A stretch of 64,000 bases of DNA from a virus: positions 17,817-81,816 of the IMG/VR virus record IMGVR_UViG_3300047496_000213; one strand, written 5' to 3'. Of this stretch, positions 48,777 through 58,340 are shown piece by piece. Both the position numbers and the translations under genes were made by a program. The number at the start of each line of letters is the position of its first letter. The stretch's first letter is position 1. The notes beneath the pieces were generated by a model. It was not told the DNA's origin, made no database searches, and saw nothing but the letters and a program-made list of their open reading frames with translations.

Positions 48777-50021
48777 TTATTTTATGCCTGCAAGTCTAAC
48801 GACTTGGGCGAGTTCTAAATTATGTTCTACTTCTGATTCTGCTTGCGCAGTTTCAAAAAGTCTGTTCACACGGTCACCCGTATGAGTAACGGTGTTATGA
48901 TCTTCTTTTTCTATTAACTTCTTACCTTGTGGGGCAGATGGTTTACGGTTGCCTTCATTGACGACAACTGGAAGAAGCTTATTGAATGCTGCGCGGAGAT
49001 TTGCAGTTTTAGTGGTCTCCAGCATTCCTTCCATTACTTGTCGTTTATCACCACGAAGGTTGGAAAGAAGTTCATTCATTATTTGCGAACGAGCAGCACG
49101 TTCTTCTGCAAGAACTGCCTTGCGGCGAGCAATTTCAGATTTTTGTTCTACTTCATTCAGCTTGGACTTTACTTCGGTCAGTTCAGAAGACTTGCTTTCC
49201 AGCATCTTTTGTAACTTACGAACTTCAGTACCTTCCGCGAGGTAGCTGGTCATATATTCGGCAGCTACCGCTTCGAAAATTCTACGACCAAACATGTTTT
49301 CGCGATTACGCTCAAGGTCTTCATGAAGTTGTGACATCTCACGCTTCAAGGATTCATTTACCATTCCCTCGACTTTAGCAGCCGATGCTTTGACAAACTT
49401 ACTCTGCATTTCCTTAAGTTTTTTTCGACCTTCAGTTACCAGTTTGATACGGGTTTCAACTAAAGCACGCTGATCTTGTCCAAATTCCTTGAGTTCTTTG
49501 CCAACCTGACGGACGACAAATTCATCAATTTTCTTCAGACGATCTTTTTGTTGTGTGGCAAGATTCTCTTTAAGAGCTTTCAATTCATTTTTAATTTGAA
49601 CTTTAGCTTCAGCGAGTTTCTTTTTTTCTGCACGAAGGGCAGATGCTTCGGTGACCAATTGCTCATTCGCAAAGCGGCGAGTAAGTGAAAGGTGTTCACG
49701 AAGCTTTGTCTTGTAGCTCAGGCGCGATTCCTTAGCGGCAGAACGAAATGCATCGCGTGCCTCTGAAAGTTTAGCGAATTCAGCAGCCTTGGTTTCTTCT
49801 TGTTTAGCAACAACATCCGTAAGCATACGGTCCATAGCTTCAACAAGATTAGATTTATCATTCTCGTAACGACGAGCAAATTCTTCACGCAAAGTCATTT
49901 CTGCTTGTTCGCGCGCTTCTAATACTTTCTTATCAAATGCTTCTTGAAGTGCTTGAGTAATCTCTGTTGGGAGACCAGCCGCACCAAGAATATTCTCCAA
50001 TGTTTTATCCATAGGATTCAT
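48777..50021 (-). CDS. Prohead core scaffolding protein (gp22-like)
   Basis: Long coiled coil directly upstream of the capsid gene; GRRIFEA motif; AAGGAG SD. Confidence 0.8.
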   Translation of the reverse strand: MNPMDKTLENILGAAGLPTEITQALQEAFDKKVLEAREQAEMTLREEFARRYENDKSNLVEAMDRMLTDVVAKQEETKAAEFAKLSEARDAFRSAAKESRLSYKTKLREHLSLTRRFANEQLVTEASALRAEKKKLAEAKVQIKNELKALKENLATQQKDRLKKIDEFVVRQVGKELKEFGQDQRALVETRIKLVTEGRKKLKEMQSKFVKASAAKVEGMVNESLKREMSQLHEDLERNRENMFGRRIFEAVAAEYMTSYLAEGTEVRKLQKMLESKSSELTEVKSKLNEVEQKSEIARRKAVLAEERAARSQIMNELLSNLRGDKRQVMEGMLETTKTANLRAAFNKLLPVVVNEGNRKPSAPQGKKLIEKEDHNTVTHTGDRVNRLFETAQAESEVEHNLELAQVVRLAGIK

Positions 50022-50171
50022 CTCCTTTGGGTTCCTAAATCTTTGAAATCAATGTGATCTCAAATAATATTTAGAACGGAACGGAAATATTGTCCGTTTG
50101 AAGATGATTTTTTTGATAAATACAAAAAAAGAACGAAAATACAATTTATCACTGTATATCTAAATAATATT

Positions 50172-50885
50172 ATGGAAAATAAAATGATTAAATGTTTAGT
50201 TGAGAATTGTTATAATAAAGTAAAAGTAAAAAATCTTTGTAAAAATCACTATTATTCTTTACGAAGAAAAAATAGCGACATATTTTCAGGAAAAATAAAA
50301 ATGTGCTCAATAGATGAATGTAGTAATCCAGTAGAGGCAAACAATATTTGTCGAAAACATTATGATAGATTTAAAAAATATGGAAAATATACTCTTTCGG
50401 AAACTACTATTCCTTTTGTAAAATCCCATCACCCTCTATATAACGTGTGGACTTATGTCAAAAAATCCGGTTGTTGCCAAAGATGGAATGATTTTACAAA
50501 TTTTTCTACTGATGTTGGTAATAACCCTAATAATACTAATAGCGAAGTAGTATATAGATTTGGAAGAAAAACCAAAGAAACTCCATTTGGTCCTGAAAAT
50601 TGGGAGTGGAAAACAAAAAGTTTAGGTTATGGTTTAACCGCCAAAGATTACAAATTATTGTATGAAAATCAAAACAAAGTATGTTGTATATGTAAACATC
50701 CGGAAACTGCGGTCTCCCGAAATGGAAAAATTAAAAAATTAGCAATAGATCATTGCCATATTACTGGAAAAGTTCGTGGACTTTTATGTTTTAACTGTAA
50801 TACTTCTTTAGGTTTTATCAAAGATGATAAAAATATTTTAGAAAGAATGATAGAATATATAAATTATTTTGGAGAAAATAAATGA
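50172..50885 (+). CDS. Endonuclease VII-like homing endonuclease
   Basis: QNKVCCIC...LAIDHCH.TGKVRGLLC..CN; N-terminal C..H Zn repeats. Confidence 0.85.
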   Translation: MENKMIKCLVENCYNKVKVKNLCKNHYYSLRRKNSDIFSGKIKMCSIDECSNPVEANNICRKHYDRFKKYGKYTLSETTIPFVKSHHPLYNVWTYVKKSGCCQRWNDFTNFSTDVGNNPNNTNSEVVYRFGRKTKETPFGPENWEWKTKSLGYGLTAKDYKLLYENQNKVCCICKHPETAVSRNGKIKKLAIDHCHITGKVRGLLCFNCNTSLGFIKDDKNILERMIEYINYFGENK

Positions 50886-51439
50886 ATTGTAGCATTGATG
50901 GTTGCGGAAATGTGGTAGTTAATATAGCTAATCAGTTATGCGGAAAGCACTACTCACAAATATATAGAAATGGAAAAATAAACACGCGAGGAAAAAAACA
51001 AGATAACCCGTTGTATGGTGCATGGAGTCGTGTTAAGACCGACTCATGTGAAAGATGGAGATATTTTTGGAATTTTGTGGATGATATTACTATACCACAA
51101 GATTATGAGAACTATATATTTAAGAAAAAAAACAAATCTTTGCCGTTTAGTCTGGAAAATTGGAGTTGGAAAAAAAGAGATTTTACGAAACTTGTAAGAA
51201 CTAAAAGAAAATATAATTACGATACAATGTATGGAGAACAAAACGGTTGCTGTGCTATTTGTCAAAAATATTTTAATGCTTTGATTTTAGATCACTGTCA
51301 TACGTCAGGTAATATTAGAAAATTACTCTGTAACGGTTGTAATACTTGTTTAGGAAAATTAAAAGAGGATGTTGAAATAATAAAATCTATGATTTCTTAT
51401 CTACAGATATGTAACGTAACAGATAAAGAGATTGGTTAG
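50882..51439 (+). CDS. Endonuclease VII-like homing endonuclease (paralogue)
   Basis: QNGCCAIC...LDHCH.SG.IR.LLC.GCN. Confidence 0.85.
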   Translation: MNCSIDGCGNVVVNIANQLCGKHYSQIYRNGKINTRGKKQDNPLYGAWSRVKTDSCERWRYFWNFVDDITIPQDYENYIFKKKNKSLPFSLENWSWKKRDFTKLVRTKRKYNYDTMYGEQNGCCAICQKYFNALILDHCHTSGNIRKLLCNGCNTCLGKLKEDVEIIKSMISYLQICNVTDKEIG

Positions 51440-51498
51440 TTGAAATGTTCAAAAATTAGTTATGACTTTAAATTCTATGGAATTAGATTAAAAAATCT

Positions 51499-53076
51499 CT
51501 AGTCCCTAACGAAATTAGAAAATATTTTACTGAACAATCCAGCGTAAGTTTTGCCATCAGTGCAAAATCTTATCAATTCAAGCCTTTGAGTATTTCTTTG
51601 CTGATTGAAAAGCATGACTCCCACTAACTCTTTATTATTGAACGCACCATACGCGTATTTTACGGTGGCCGGTTTTCCCTGAATGTGATAAATCTCACAA
51701 AAATCTTGTCCTTCACGATTGTTTATTTTGCGTATAGAAAGTTTTCGTGCACCAACCCCTCTTTCAGACCTTCCGCACACATTAAGTATTTTTCGTTTTA
51801 TACTGTCCGCGCGATTATTCCATTCGTCCTCGTTGATCATCAGCAATCGTACACCTGCTTCATTGCACATCTTCCACTTATTGTAGTGGTAATCGTTCTC
51901 TTTCTTCTTGTCAGAATGCCAATAGAGTCCGTTGAATTCTATTGCTAGATTGTGCTCTGGAAGATAGAAATCTAATTCCAATGGTTTTATTAATGTTCTG
52001 TCGCGTTCTATAAATTGTATATTATTTTCAGTTAAGAATACCGCAATTTCACGCTCGTAAGAGCTTGATTTATATTCAAAATTTATGTCCAAATTATTAA
52101 TATAATTACCGATAGTAGAGGTGCTGACCTGCAATTCCTTAGCAGCGGTAGACATTGATCGATGTTCCATAAAAATTTTGAATTTTTGCTTGTCAGATAA
52201 TATTTCTCTAGCCAGAGGGGATAGCTGTATTTGCGAAATATTAGAAACACCATATCTTACGATACATGTCTGTTTTCCAGATTCAGATATCTTCTCTTTA
52301 ATATTTGAATTCATACTTGGAGTGTGAAATCCATATCGTTCTATATTTGTTTTTTTAATTTCTTCTCTAATTTCTGATAATGACAACGTGTAATTTGTCC
52401 CATATTTTTCATTATTAGTAGATATTCTTTTATTTTTTACTTGTTCTGATGATCCAACATAATCCGTTCCATATTTTTCATTATTGGTTTTTTGTAGTTT
52501 ACTAATTATTTCAGGGCATCGCAATGGTATCTTATTTCCATAGAGTTTAATCATAGTTTCATCTCGTTTCCTGAATCCTTTTTTATAATCTTCTGATGAA
52601 GGTCGATTTATACTTAAAGGATGAGAGATATATCCTGTATTTTTTGTGTATGTATCTTGTTTTTTTTGTAGTAATACTTTCCATTCTGCTTCTGATAAAT
52701 TATCGAAATAATTCTTACGATGCTTTACATTATCAGAAATACTGCATTGACAATTTTTCGTGCAGTAGGAACTATATCCATCTGTAATTCCACTAAATTT
52801 TTTGAAATTGCCGTTATCACAAGAAATTGGTTTGTTTTTAGTATAAAGCTGGTAAATTTTTTCGTTAATTGACAAGGATGTGTTATCAATAGAATTTATG
52901 AAATCTTTAAATTCTTTATATCGTGTTAAATATACAGCAACATAGAATAGTTTTTCATCAAGAGAGAATTCTCTCTTAGTATTCTTTCGCTTATATTTTT
53001 CAAACAAGAAATCAATATGTTTTTGATGATCAATTAATTTAATTTGGCTCAGCAATATCTTCTTGACAATCTCCAT
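51499..53076 (-). CDS. Homing-endonuclease-like protein (EKYG repeats plus PD-(D/E)xK), C-terminally truncated
   Basis: ELDFY...IEFNGLYWH...INEDEW; stops after YAGLFSK, lacking the ADxR/GNLY/RIYDCG end seen in its paralogues. Confidence 0.75.
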   Translation of the reverse strand: MEIVKKILLSQIKLIDHQKHIDFLFEKYKRKNTKREFSLDEKLFYVAVYLTRYKEFKDFINSIDNTSLSINEKIYQLYTKNKPISCDNGNFKKFSGITDGYSSYCTKNCQCSISDNVKHRKNYFDNLSEAEWKVLLQKKQDTYTKNTGYISHPLSINRPSSEDYKKGFRKRDETMIKLYGNKIPLRCPEIISKLQKTNNEKYGTDYVGSSEQVKNKRISTNNEKYGTNYTLSLSEIREEIKKTNIERYGFHTPSMNSNIKEKISESGKQTCIVRYGVSNISQIQLSPLAREILSDKQKFKIFMEHRSMSTAAKELQVSTSTIGNYINNLDINFEYKSSSYEREIAVFLTENNIQFIERDRTLIKPLELDFYLPEHNLAIEFNGLYWHSDKKKENDYHYNKWKMCNEAGVRLLMINEDEWNNRADSIKRKILNVCGRSERGVGARKLSIRKINNREGQDFCEIYHIQGKPATVKYAYGAFNNKELVGVMLFNQQRNTQRLELIRFCTDGKTYAGLFSKIFSNFVRD

Positions 53077-53108
53077 ATTTCAGATCTTACTAAAAAAGAT
53101 AAAAATAA

Positions 53109-53744
53109 TCAATATTTTAGGTTATTAATCCAATTTAATAATTCTTCTTTGAGATACTTTTGGGCTTTGGGATCGTGAATAACCGATCTTGCCAAGTCTT
53201 CAATGACATGTCCACGACGACTGTTAAGTGATTCGTAAGTAGGTTTAGGATAAGCATTGGGGGCTGACGGCCTAGCCACAATATCCACTGTAATGATTTC
53301 AAAGGAATCTACAGTTCCATCATCATTTACGTTTCCCGATCCTCGTGAAGATACACCAAGCTTTACTTCATTTTCTATAAAAGTTCTTGCAATTTCACCT
53401 AATGGTGTCGGAAGAATCTGTAGTTTTCCCATACCGGAATTACCATCCATCCACATCTTAGTAATTTTGTGGGCGACTCTATCCAAATTTATAGTCAACT
53501 CTTCAGGATGATCTAGTTCTCCAAGGACACTTTCGCCTTTTCTAATAATTTCATTGATATTTTCTACTGCATTAGTTATTTCTTTTACTGGGTAGATTCT
53601 TTGATTAAGATTTTTAATACCACCCTGAATAAAAATTCCAGAAAGAAATAGCTTTTTCTTTTTTAAATCACCTTCACCTTCAGTGATGCGTTCAATCTGT
53701 ATACCAGCTTCATCAAAGGTTAATCTCTCGTTTAGAATAATCAT
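53109..53744 (-). CDS. Prohead maturation protease (T4 gp21-like)
   Basis: GIFIQ...N.NQRIYP, LGELDHP, GVSSRGSG, TVDIVA.PSAP.AY. Confidence 0.93.
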   Translation of the reverse strand: MIILNERLTFDEAGIQIERITEGEGDLKKKKLFLSGIFIQGGIKNLNQRIYPVKEITNAVENINEIIRKGESVLGELDHPEELTINLDRVAHKITKMWMDGNSGMGKLQILPTPLGEIARTFIENEVKLGVSSRGSGNVNDDGTVDSFEIITVDIVARPSAPNAYPKPTYESLNSRRGHVIEDLARSVIHDPKAQKYLKEELLNWINNLKY

Positions 53745-53808
53745 TATAATTCTCCAGTATAGGTTTCACGCCTACTCTTGTATATTTAGCAAAGAACATA
53801 AATAAAGG

Positions 53809-54195
53809 ATGAGAAAGTGGATTAATCTTGTTGAAAGCCTTAAAGAAGCCAAATAAAATGGAGGCGTATATTACAATCTATCGCGATCAGAATTCTTAAA
53901 AATGATATATAAAGAAGATATTCGTGGCGTAGCTTATAGAAATGAAGTATTTGTCGCCCCAGCTTACGAATTTAATCATTGGTAAATACGCCCAAAAAGT
54001 GGAATTCCACAACTCTATGGTGAAGATGGACATGGCGGCCCGTATGGGTTTGATTTTTATGCTACGACCAAAGAACGAAAATCAGAAGCAGACGATGATT
54101 GGATATATGGCACTCCAATAGAAATAGGAGATATTATTATTTGGGTCAGTGGTGATGATACTCCAAATAAAGAGTTTGATTATCTTACCAAATAG
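53809..54195 (+). pseudogene. Leader-bearing (MRKWINLVE) gene with two in-frame ochre stops
   Basis: TAAATA 4 nt before ATG; the frame continues through TAA at 53854 and 53983 to TAG at 54193-54195. Confidence 0.7.
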
Positions 54196-54258
54196 AGGAT
54201 TGACAGCATTCTTTTTTGTGGTAATGTAATTTCATAATCAATCGAAGGAGATAATCAC

Positions 54259-54714
54259 ATGGCCGTTCTCGGAATCAATTATTCGGACGTTTACAAGTCA
54301 GTTGTGATTAGGTTTTCTTCGGATGAGAAAATGGAGTTTGCAACGGGTAATCCCGTTGCTGATTTTGAATCGGCTATTGATTTTTTGTGTAAGGATGGTA
54401 ATGCGGCCGTTCTTTTCAGTTCGTCTGTTCATGATTTTGTCAGCGATATTCCCGGATATCGCTACGACGAAGATCATATGCTTGTGATCGATAATTCGAA
54501 GAGCTTCGAAACCGAAAGCGAAGCCGGGGATTGGATGGACAACTATTTGAAGGACGAAAACTGCAAGGACAACTATCGCTTTGCGTTCGCCGACAATTAT
54601 TGGGAAATGGTATACTACGAAGCCCAACAAGACGACGGTTGCTGCGGGTATTTTGATAAGAAAATCCTCGTTCAAGGCCGTCCCGCGTGGATCGGTTGTA
54701 ATTACGGCCATTAA
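54259..54714 (+). CDS. Hypothetical early protein
   Basis: TTGACA promoter, AAGGAG SD; GCCG...IGCNYGH. Confidence 0.75.
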   Translation: MAVLGINYSDVYKSVVIRFSSDEKMEFATGNPVADFESAIDFLCKDGNAAVLFSSSVHDFVSDIPGYRYDEDHMLVIDNSKSFETESEAGDWMDNYLKDENCKDNYRFAFADNYWEMVYYEAQQDDGCCGYFDKKILVQGRPAWIGCNYGH

Positions 54715-54715
54715 G

Positions 54716-54931
54716 ATGTTGTTAGAATCTGACAAATTGTTTTCTGTTCATTGTGGAATGAAAGCAATACAATGGGAACGAGCTAAAGGCGAACTGCGCG
54801 CTATGGTAGCTTTACAAGGAATTCCATCAACTAATCCTGCGTGTCTTTCCGATGAAATAGAAAATTGGAAGGTTTTTCACGAAAAAGTTGAAGCGTTTAT
54901 CAAAGAGATGGAAGATGAAGCATTGGTTTAA
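54716..54931 (+). CDS. Hypothetical protein
   Basis: WERAKGELRA motif. Confidence 0.6.
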   Translation: MLLESDKLFSVHCGMKAIQWERAKGELRAMVALQGIPSTNPACLSDEIENWKVFHEKVEAFIKEMEDEALV

Positions 54932-54939
54932 TAGACAAT

Positions 54940-54965
54940 AAAAAAGCCGCCCGAAAGCGGCTTTT
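54940..54965. terminator. Bidirectional terminator
   Basis: AAAAAGCCGC-CCGAAA-GCGGCTTTT. Confidence 0.75.
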
Positions 54966-54988
54966 CTAATTGTTTTATGAAAGGTTAA

Positions 54989-56008
54989 TTACTTAACCTT
55001 GCCACCATTCTTACCGTCGATAACCGAACCGGTTACTTTTTCACCGGCACGTGTTCCTGGCTTGTTTAGTTCAGCTTTTGCGCTTCCTTCTTTCGAAATC
55101 TTCTCAAGCTTTGGTCCGTTATTATTACGAGCCTTGATTTTTACTGGCGTTACAGTTGGAGCCGTTTCGCGGGCAAAACCCTTGTGAATGGATTGCTTAG
55201 ACATATTTGGACTGCCGCCTTGACGAGCAGTGATATTCTTTTGAAGACCGATAGACTTGCCATTGTGAGTTGGTTTATCGGTAGAACCCGTTCCAACTCC
55301 TGTACCATCACTCATTGTGACTTTTACTTTTTCAAGTTCGTCAATGATAGATTCGGAAATATCGTCAAATTCATCATCTTCTGATCCGAAATTGTCGTCT
55401 TCTTCTGAATCTTCCATGTCATCGGCAACATCGTCTGCCATTTCCATGTCATCGTCTGCCATTTCCATGTCATCGTCTGCCATTTCCATGTCATCGTCTG
55501 CCATTTCCATGTCATCGTCTGCCATTTCGTCATCACCAAGGCCGCCATCGAGTTCAGCCATTTTGGCTTCAAATTCAGCCATAAGTTCTTCCATACGATC
55601 TACAGCTTGTTCCATACGATCCGCTGGATCGCCAGCATCATCTTCAAGATCATCATCTTCAAAACCTTCGTCATCACCGAGACCATCAAGTTCGTCTTCT
55701 TCACCAGCTTCCATGTCTTCGTCGCCAGCTTCCATGTCACCGTCTTCGAATTCACTTTCAGCATCGGCAAATTCATCGCCCGCATCAGCATCATCGTCTT
55801 CAAGATCAGATAAATCTTCTTCGGTGAAGTAAGATTCCGTAGTGATTTCATCACTCCAGTTTTCGTCCAGAACGTAATCTTCTCCAGAACGATTGGATTC
55901 ATGAATCTGACGAGCACGTTCCACAATGAACTTGTGGAAAAGCTCTTCGGCCGCAGTTGTGTTCTCATTGAGAAGTTCGATAAAAGCACGCTCTAAAAGT
56001 GAACGCAT
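54989..56008 (-). CDS. Highly acidic prohead core/internal protein
   Basis: Lies between portal and protease; D/E-rich; several (I/L)xE sites; GGGAG SD. Confidence 0.75.
   Translation of the reverse strand: MRSLLERAFIELLNENTTAAEELFHKFIVERARQIHESNRSGEDYVLDENWSDEITTESYFTEEDLSDLEDDDADAGDEFADAESEFEDGDMEAGDEDMEAGEEDELDGLGDDEGFEDDDLEDDAGDPADRMEQAVDRMEELMAEFEAKMAELDGGLGDDEMADDDMEMADDDMEMADDDMEMADDDMEMADDVADDMEDSEEDDNFGSEDDEFDDISESIIDELEKVKVTMSDGTGVGTGSTDKPTHNGKSIGLQKNITARQGGSPNMSKQSIHKGFARETAPTVTPVKIKARNNNGPKLEKISKEGSAKAELNKPGTRAGEKVTGSVIDGKNGGKVK
55413..55533 (-). repeat. 21-bp tandem coding repeat (DDDMEMA)
   Basis: About 5 copies of GCAGACGATGACATGGAAATG. Confidence 0.9.
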
Positions 56009-56405
56009 GATGGTAATCTCCCTAATAAAGTTGTCGCGTGTTGCTCAAACACCTGATTATATTTAGTAAAAATGTTTCTTGACATGATTATAAGCTCAAA
56101 AATATGGCTTTTTAGTATGGTTTTATGGTAAATAAGACTATGAGAACAAAATGGAACAAAGAAAAGTTTGTTGAAAAAAGCAATCTAGTTCATTCCTCGG
56201 ACGATAATATTCCATAATTTCTTCGGTTTTTCGAACATCATCATCTTGAATATTCACATATCCATTTTTTTGAGGTTTAAGGGTAAATCCAATTCTGAAC
56301 TTTTTCTACTTCCATGAAATAACCGAAGAGAGTTTTCATTTATTATTGAAATAAATTGACGCATTATCGTATTTATAATTTACAAAACCAAAAACGCGCT
56401 TAAAT

Positions 56406-57038
56406 TCACGCATGGATATATTTATACTGACCTGCAAACTGACACCAAATTTCAACATTGACCAAGTGCTTATGCAATTCTTTTACGTTTCTTACTGTGA
56501 TCGCCCAATCATGATTACCTAATGCTATGGCGGCATCTCTGGCTAATGCTTGGGCTTCATTGAAAACCGGTAATTCAGAATGAGCCAAGGCATATTTCTG
56601 CGAGGCTTCTTTCCAACCGTTCACATAATCAGAAAAAATAATAGATTTTCCGTCTTTGATTGCACAATTAAAATTATTGCGAATGTTTACTTCCACCCTT
56701 TCTGTAAAAGATTTTCCCTGCCAATCTGGCTCATTCATGCAACCCAAAATACGATTGGTTTTTTCCGTCATGGTATTAAATCCACATCTACTATTGATTG
56801 GATTGGCGGCCATTCTGTTGGTTAAATCGCCAACTTGTTCACACATCCAAGTATACTGCCCTAATGCATAGAATAATTCAGGATTCGTCCTCATAGAATT
56901 ACCCATCATTTCCGGCTTTACTCTTTGAAGTTTGGCTAATTTTTCAAAATCATCTATTGCTTTTTTCTGAATTTCGCCTTCCATACTAAAAATATTTAGT
57001 TGAATAGCGTTTTCTATTAGAGTAATGTATTGGCGCAT
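56406..57038 (-). CDS. Hypothetical protein with MRQYITLIE leader
   Basis: TAAATA 4 nt before ATG. Confidence 0.75.
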   Translation of the reverse strand: MRQYITLIENAIQLNIFSMEGEIQKKAIDDFEKLAKLQRVKPEMMGNSMRTNPELFYALGQYTWMCEQVGDLTNRMAANPINSRCGFNTMTEKTNRILGCMNEPDWQGKSFTERVEVNIRNNFNCAIKDGKSIIFSDYVNGWKEASQKYALAHSELPVFNEAQALARDAAIALGNHDWAITVRNVKELHKHLVNVEIWCQFAGQYKYIHA

Positions 57039-57211
57039 CTCATATTTATGAATTAGGTTGACAGCAGATATAATTTGGGCGTGTTTTTCGCCTATGTATC
57101 AAACTTCAAGTTCACATCAGAGGCCACTGGAACTGTTCCACGTTGGGCAGCATGTTTGGGCTGGCCTTTGTGGCTATCTATCAAGTTGATTCGATTTATT
57201 TCTACTATGCG

Positions 57212-57649
57212 TTAACGACGTAAGTCGGATATCATTAAAGGTCCGCCGTGCGAAGTCGCATGTAAGACCTTGAAACCCCATGACTCATACCATTTAACTA
57301 GATAAAAATCGTTACGTTGGCTTTCTTCTGTGTCAGCAATCAAAAGAATCGCCTCGGCGCCGTAAGCATCAGATTCGCTTATAAAAGTCTCCAAAAGATG
57401 AGCACCGAAACCTTGTCCCTGATACTCTTCCTCGACATTTATATTGTTGAGGAATGCTATCCGACTATAAGTTTCTTTTAATTGTTCAACCAGTTCTGGT
57501 TCATTAATATGATGACGATACGAAAGCCAGTTGTCTAACTGTTCTTCTCCGCTATCAACTACGTATCCTTCAACTGATCCTTCATTAATAGAATAATCAA
57601 TCTCTCGGAAATAATTTACTGATTCGACTAATTTAATCCATTGACGCAT
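57212..57649 (-). CDS. GNAT acetyltransferase with MRQWIKLVE leader
   Basis: INVEEEYQGQGFG acetyl-CoA motif; LVKWYESWGF. Confidence 0.8.
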   Translation of the reverse strand: MRQWIKLVESVNYFREIDYSINEGSVEGYVVDSGEEQLDNWLSYRHHINEPELVEQLKETYSRIAFLNNINVEEEYQGQGFGAHLLETFISESDAYGAEAILLIADTEESQRNDFYLVKWYESWGFKVLHATSHGGPLMISDLRR

Positions 57650-57696
57650 CAATTATTTATGTTAATATACTTTCATAAGCAGCAAGGAGATATCTC

Positions 57697-57996
57697 ATGA
57701 CCGATATGACCGTTGCCAATACCATTCGTCAACAACTTGGTGGCAATCGTTTTTGCTTTATGACCGGCGCGAAACATTGGGTTGGAGATGATAACTCCGT
57801 CAGTTTCCAACTTCCGAAGGCAAACAAGGGCATCAAAGCTGTCACGATTATTTTGAACGCTCATGACTATTACGATGTCCTGTTCTTCAATCGGAAGAAT
57901 TTCAACATCGTGACCATCGCGGAAGTTACGGACGTTTCGTGTGATGATCTTCAATCTGTTTTCACGGCCAATACCGGCCTTTATACTCATCTGTAA
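57697..57996 (+). CDS. Hypothetical phage protein
   Basis: ANTIRQQLGG.RF..MTGAK; AAGGAG SD. Confidence 0.75.
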   Translation: MTDMTVANTIRQQLGGNRFCFMTGAKHWVGDDNSVSFQLPKANKGIKAVTIILNAHDYYDVLFFNRKNFNIVTIAEVTDVSCDDLQSVFTANTGLYTHL

Positions 57997-58085
57997 GGAG
58001 AACTATATTCCCTGGAAAAAATAAAAAGAGAATTTTCAGACTTTCTCATGAACCAGAATATGATGAGTTAGGCCGAAGAATTCGG

Positions 58086-58289
58086 TTGAAGCATCCACCA
58101 GAATTTAAAGAAAGACTGGCGGAATCTCAAAATTGGCGTTGCTGCCATTGTGGCGAACGCTTAAACGAACCTTTTGTTCAAGAAAATTTCGCTACTCTGG
58201 AACATGTCGTTCGTTTCAGAGACGGTGGTGCTGATGATGAAACCAATATGGCAGTCGCTCATAAAAAATGTAATGAAATTTACGGTTGA
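58086..58289 (+). CDS. Minimal HNH protein
   Basis: ESQNWRCCHCG...TLEH...GG....N..AH..CN. Confidence 0.65.
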   Translation: MKHPPEFKERLAESQNWRCCHCGERLNEPFVQENFATLEHVVRFRDGGADDETNMAVAHKKCNEIYG

Positions 58290-58340
58290 CATTTTCTCTT
58301 CCTTTTATTAAACAGAAAGAACAAAAGGAAAGGAAATGAA

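Noticed and set aside
47477-49688. Several + strand ORFs over the capsid and scaffold genes
   Set aside because: Antisense shadows of strongly biased coding sequence; no RBS or recognisable motifs. The same applies to antisense ORFs over 11378, 35558 and 39410.
53809-54195. Stop-codon reassignment (alternative genetic code)
   Set aside because: TAA, TAG and TGA all terminate well-conserved genes normally, and core genes are uninterrupted in code 11, so this is better explained as a pseudogene.
55317-55989. Ser-rich and MTWKWQT-repeat ORFs
   Set aside because: Shadow frames of the acidic repeat protein at 54989..56008.
56140-56217. TAAATA plus MRTKWNKEKFVEKS as another cargo leader
   Set aside because: Only 25 codons long; it looks more like the N-terminal remnant of a homing-endonuclease repeat (F..K...VH) than the (I/L)xE leader.
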